Shown here: positions 63,298 through 64,000 of the stretch, in pieces
How the letters are laid out: each line of letters opens with the position of its first letter
Numbering within the stretch: the stretch's first letter is position 1
DNA from: Burkholderiaceae bacterium
GTDB lineage: Bacteria; Pseudomonadota; Gammaproteobacteria; Burkholderiales; Burkholderiaceae_C
DNA: 64,000 nucleotides
Direction of reading: 5' to 3'
Assembly: GCA_040400875.1 (NCBI GenBank)
Contig: JBBAPK010000004.1
Location: 20,840 to 84,839 of the forward strand
Notes under the pieces: generated by a model
What the model was told of the DNA's origin: nothing
Database searches by the model: none
What the model saw: the letters and a program-made list of their open reading frames with translations, nothing else
Translations under genes and position numbers: made by a program

Positions 63298-64000
63298 TCA
63301 CTTCTTTTCTTTGACTTCGGTGAACTCGGCATCCACCACGTTGTCATCGGCCGGCTTGTCAGACGCTCCTGCCGATTGTGGAGCCGCCTCGCCAGCGGCT
63401 GCACCGGCTGCTGCGGCCGCTGCCTGCGATTCGGCGTAGACCTTTTCGCCGAGCTTTTGGCTGGCCGTCATCAGCGCTTCGGTCTTGGCTTCGATGTCGG
63501 CCTGGTCTTCGCTCTTGAGCGATTCTTCGGCGTCCTTCAAGGCGGCTTCGATCTTTTCCTTGTCGCCGGCATCGAGCTTGTCACCGTGCTCGGTCAGGCT
63601 CTTCTTCACGCTGTGCACCATCGCATCGGCCGAATTGCGCGCCTGGATCAAGCCGAGCTTTTTCTTGTCCTCAGCGGCGTTGAGTTCGGCGTCTTTGACC
63701 ATCTGCTGGATCTCGGCTTCGGTCAGACCCGAGTTGGCCTTGATGGTGATCTTGTTTTCCTTGCCGGTGCCCTTGTCCTTGGCGCCCACGTGCAAGATGC
63801 CGTTGGCGTCGATGTCGAAGCTCACCTCGATTTGCGGCGTGCCGCGTGGTGACGGTGGGATGCCTTCGAGGTTGAACTCGCCCAGGCTCTTGTTGCCCGA
63901 TGCCATCTCGCGCTCGCCTTGGTACACCTTGATCGTCACGGCCGGCTGGTTGTCGTCGGCGGTGCTGAAGGTCTGTGCGAACTTGGTCGGGATGGTCGTG
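63298..64000 (-). CDS. dnaK: molecular chaperone DnaK, C-terminal part (5' end beyond window)
   Basis: The frame is open to the window edge. The translation reads ...[33 protein letters not shown]...[17 protein letters not shown]...EFTEVKEKK. Confidence 0.97.
   Translation of the reverse strand, partial: TTIPTKFAQTFSTADDNQPAVTIKVYQGEREMASGNKSLGEFNLEGIPPSPRGTPQIEVSFDIDANGILHVGAKDKGTGKENKITIKANSGLTEAEIQQMVKDAELNAAEDKKKLGLIQARNSADAMVHSVKKSLTEHGDKLDAGDKEKIEAALKDAEESLKSEDQADIEAKTEALMTASQKLGEKVYAESQAAAAAAGAAAGEAAPQSAGASDKPADDNVVDAEFTEVKEKK

Noticed and set aside
59223-63314. Long plus-strand ORFs antisense to the receiver-TPR paralogs and dnaJ (59223-60311, 60806-62002, 62103-63314).
   Set aside because: This is the same high-GC antisense artefact. 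The opposite strand encodes well-supported proteins, and the antisense translations show repetitive Arg/Ala/Gly/His composition without motifs.

Overview
This 64-kb window looks like a chromosomal segment of a high-GC betaproteobacterium. Gene order and protein families resemble Burkholderiales/Comamonadaceae, but that is inference only. I can support about 62 protein-coding genes, 2 tRNAs (Val-TAC, His-GTG), several rho-independent terminators and a few promoter or operator candidates. I saw no rRNA, CRISPR array or intact IS element.

Most of the window is core housekeeping:
- scoB', ggt, pyrD, rpiA, mnmC, efp-earP, uvrC, pgsA, hupB, ppiD
- surE-pcm-nlpD, rlmD, carAB, greA
- yhbY/rlmE-ftsH-folP-glmM
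- pstCAB-phoU-phoBR
- rpmE2-rho-trxA, dnaX-ybaB-recR
- mltD-gloB, rnhA, rpsF-priB-rpsR-rplI, dnaB, dnaJ-dnaK'

The non-core content is the most interesting part:
1. Two tandem, collinear paralogs lie between dnaB and dnaKJ. Each has a CheY-like receiver, TPR-like repeats and a conserved Cys/His-rich C-terminal domain (HEGHH plus CxxxxxCxxxC). No kinase gene is nearby. This is my best candidate for an uncharacterised system.
2. A decayed integrative-element scar sits at tRNA-His. It holds a truncated tyrosine recombinase and a higBA-like toxin-antitoxin pair, and is bounded by a 13-nt repeat of the tRNA 3' arm.
3. Next to the scar are a lipoprotein multicopper oxidase and an overlapping LuxR-type response regulator + MEKHLA-domain operon with no kinase.
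4. The pstCAB genes have much lower GC than the surrounding DNA and lack pstS. They sit behind tandem Pho boxes.
5. A predicted pseudokinase-HDOD fusion is present.

The many long ORFs antisense to real genes are high-GC artefacts. All functional calls come from reading the translations by eye; no database search was run.
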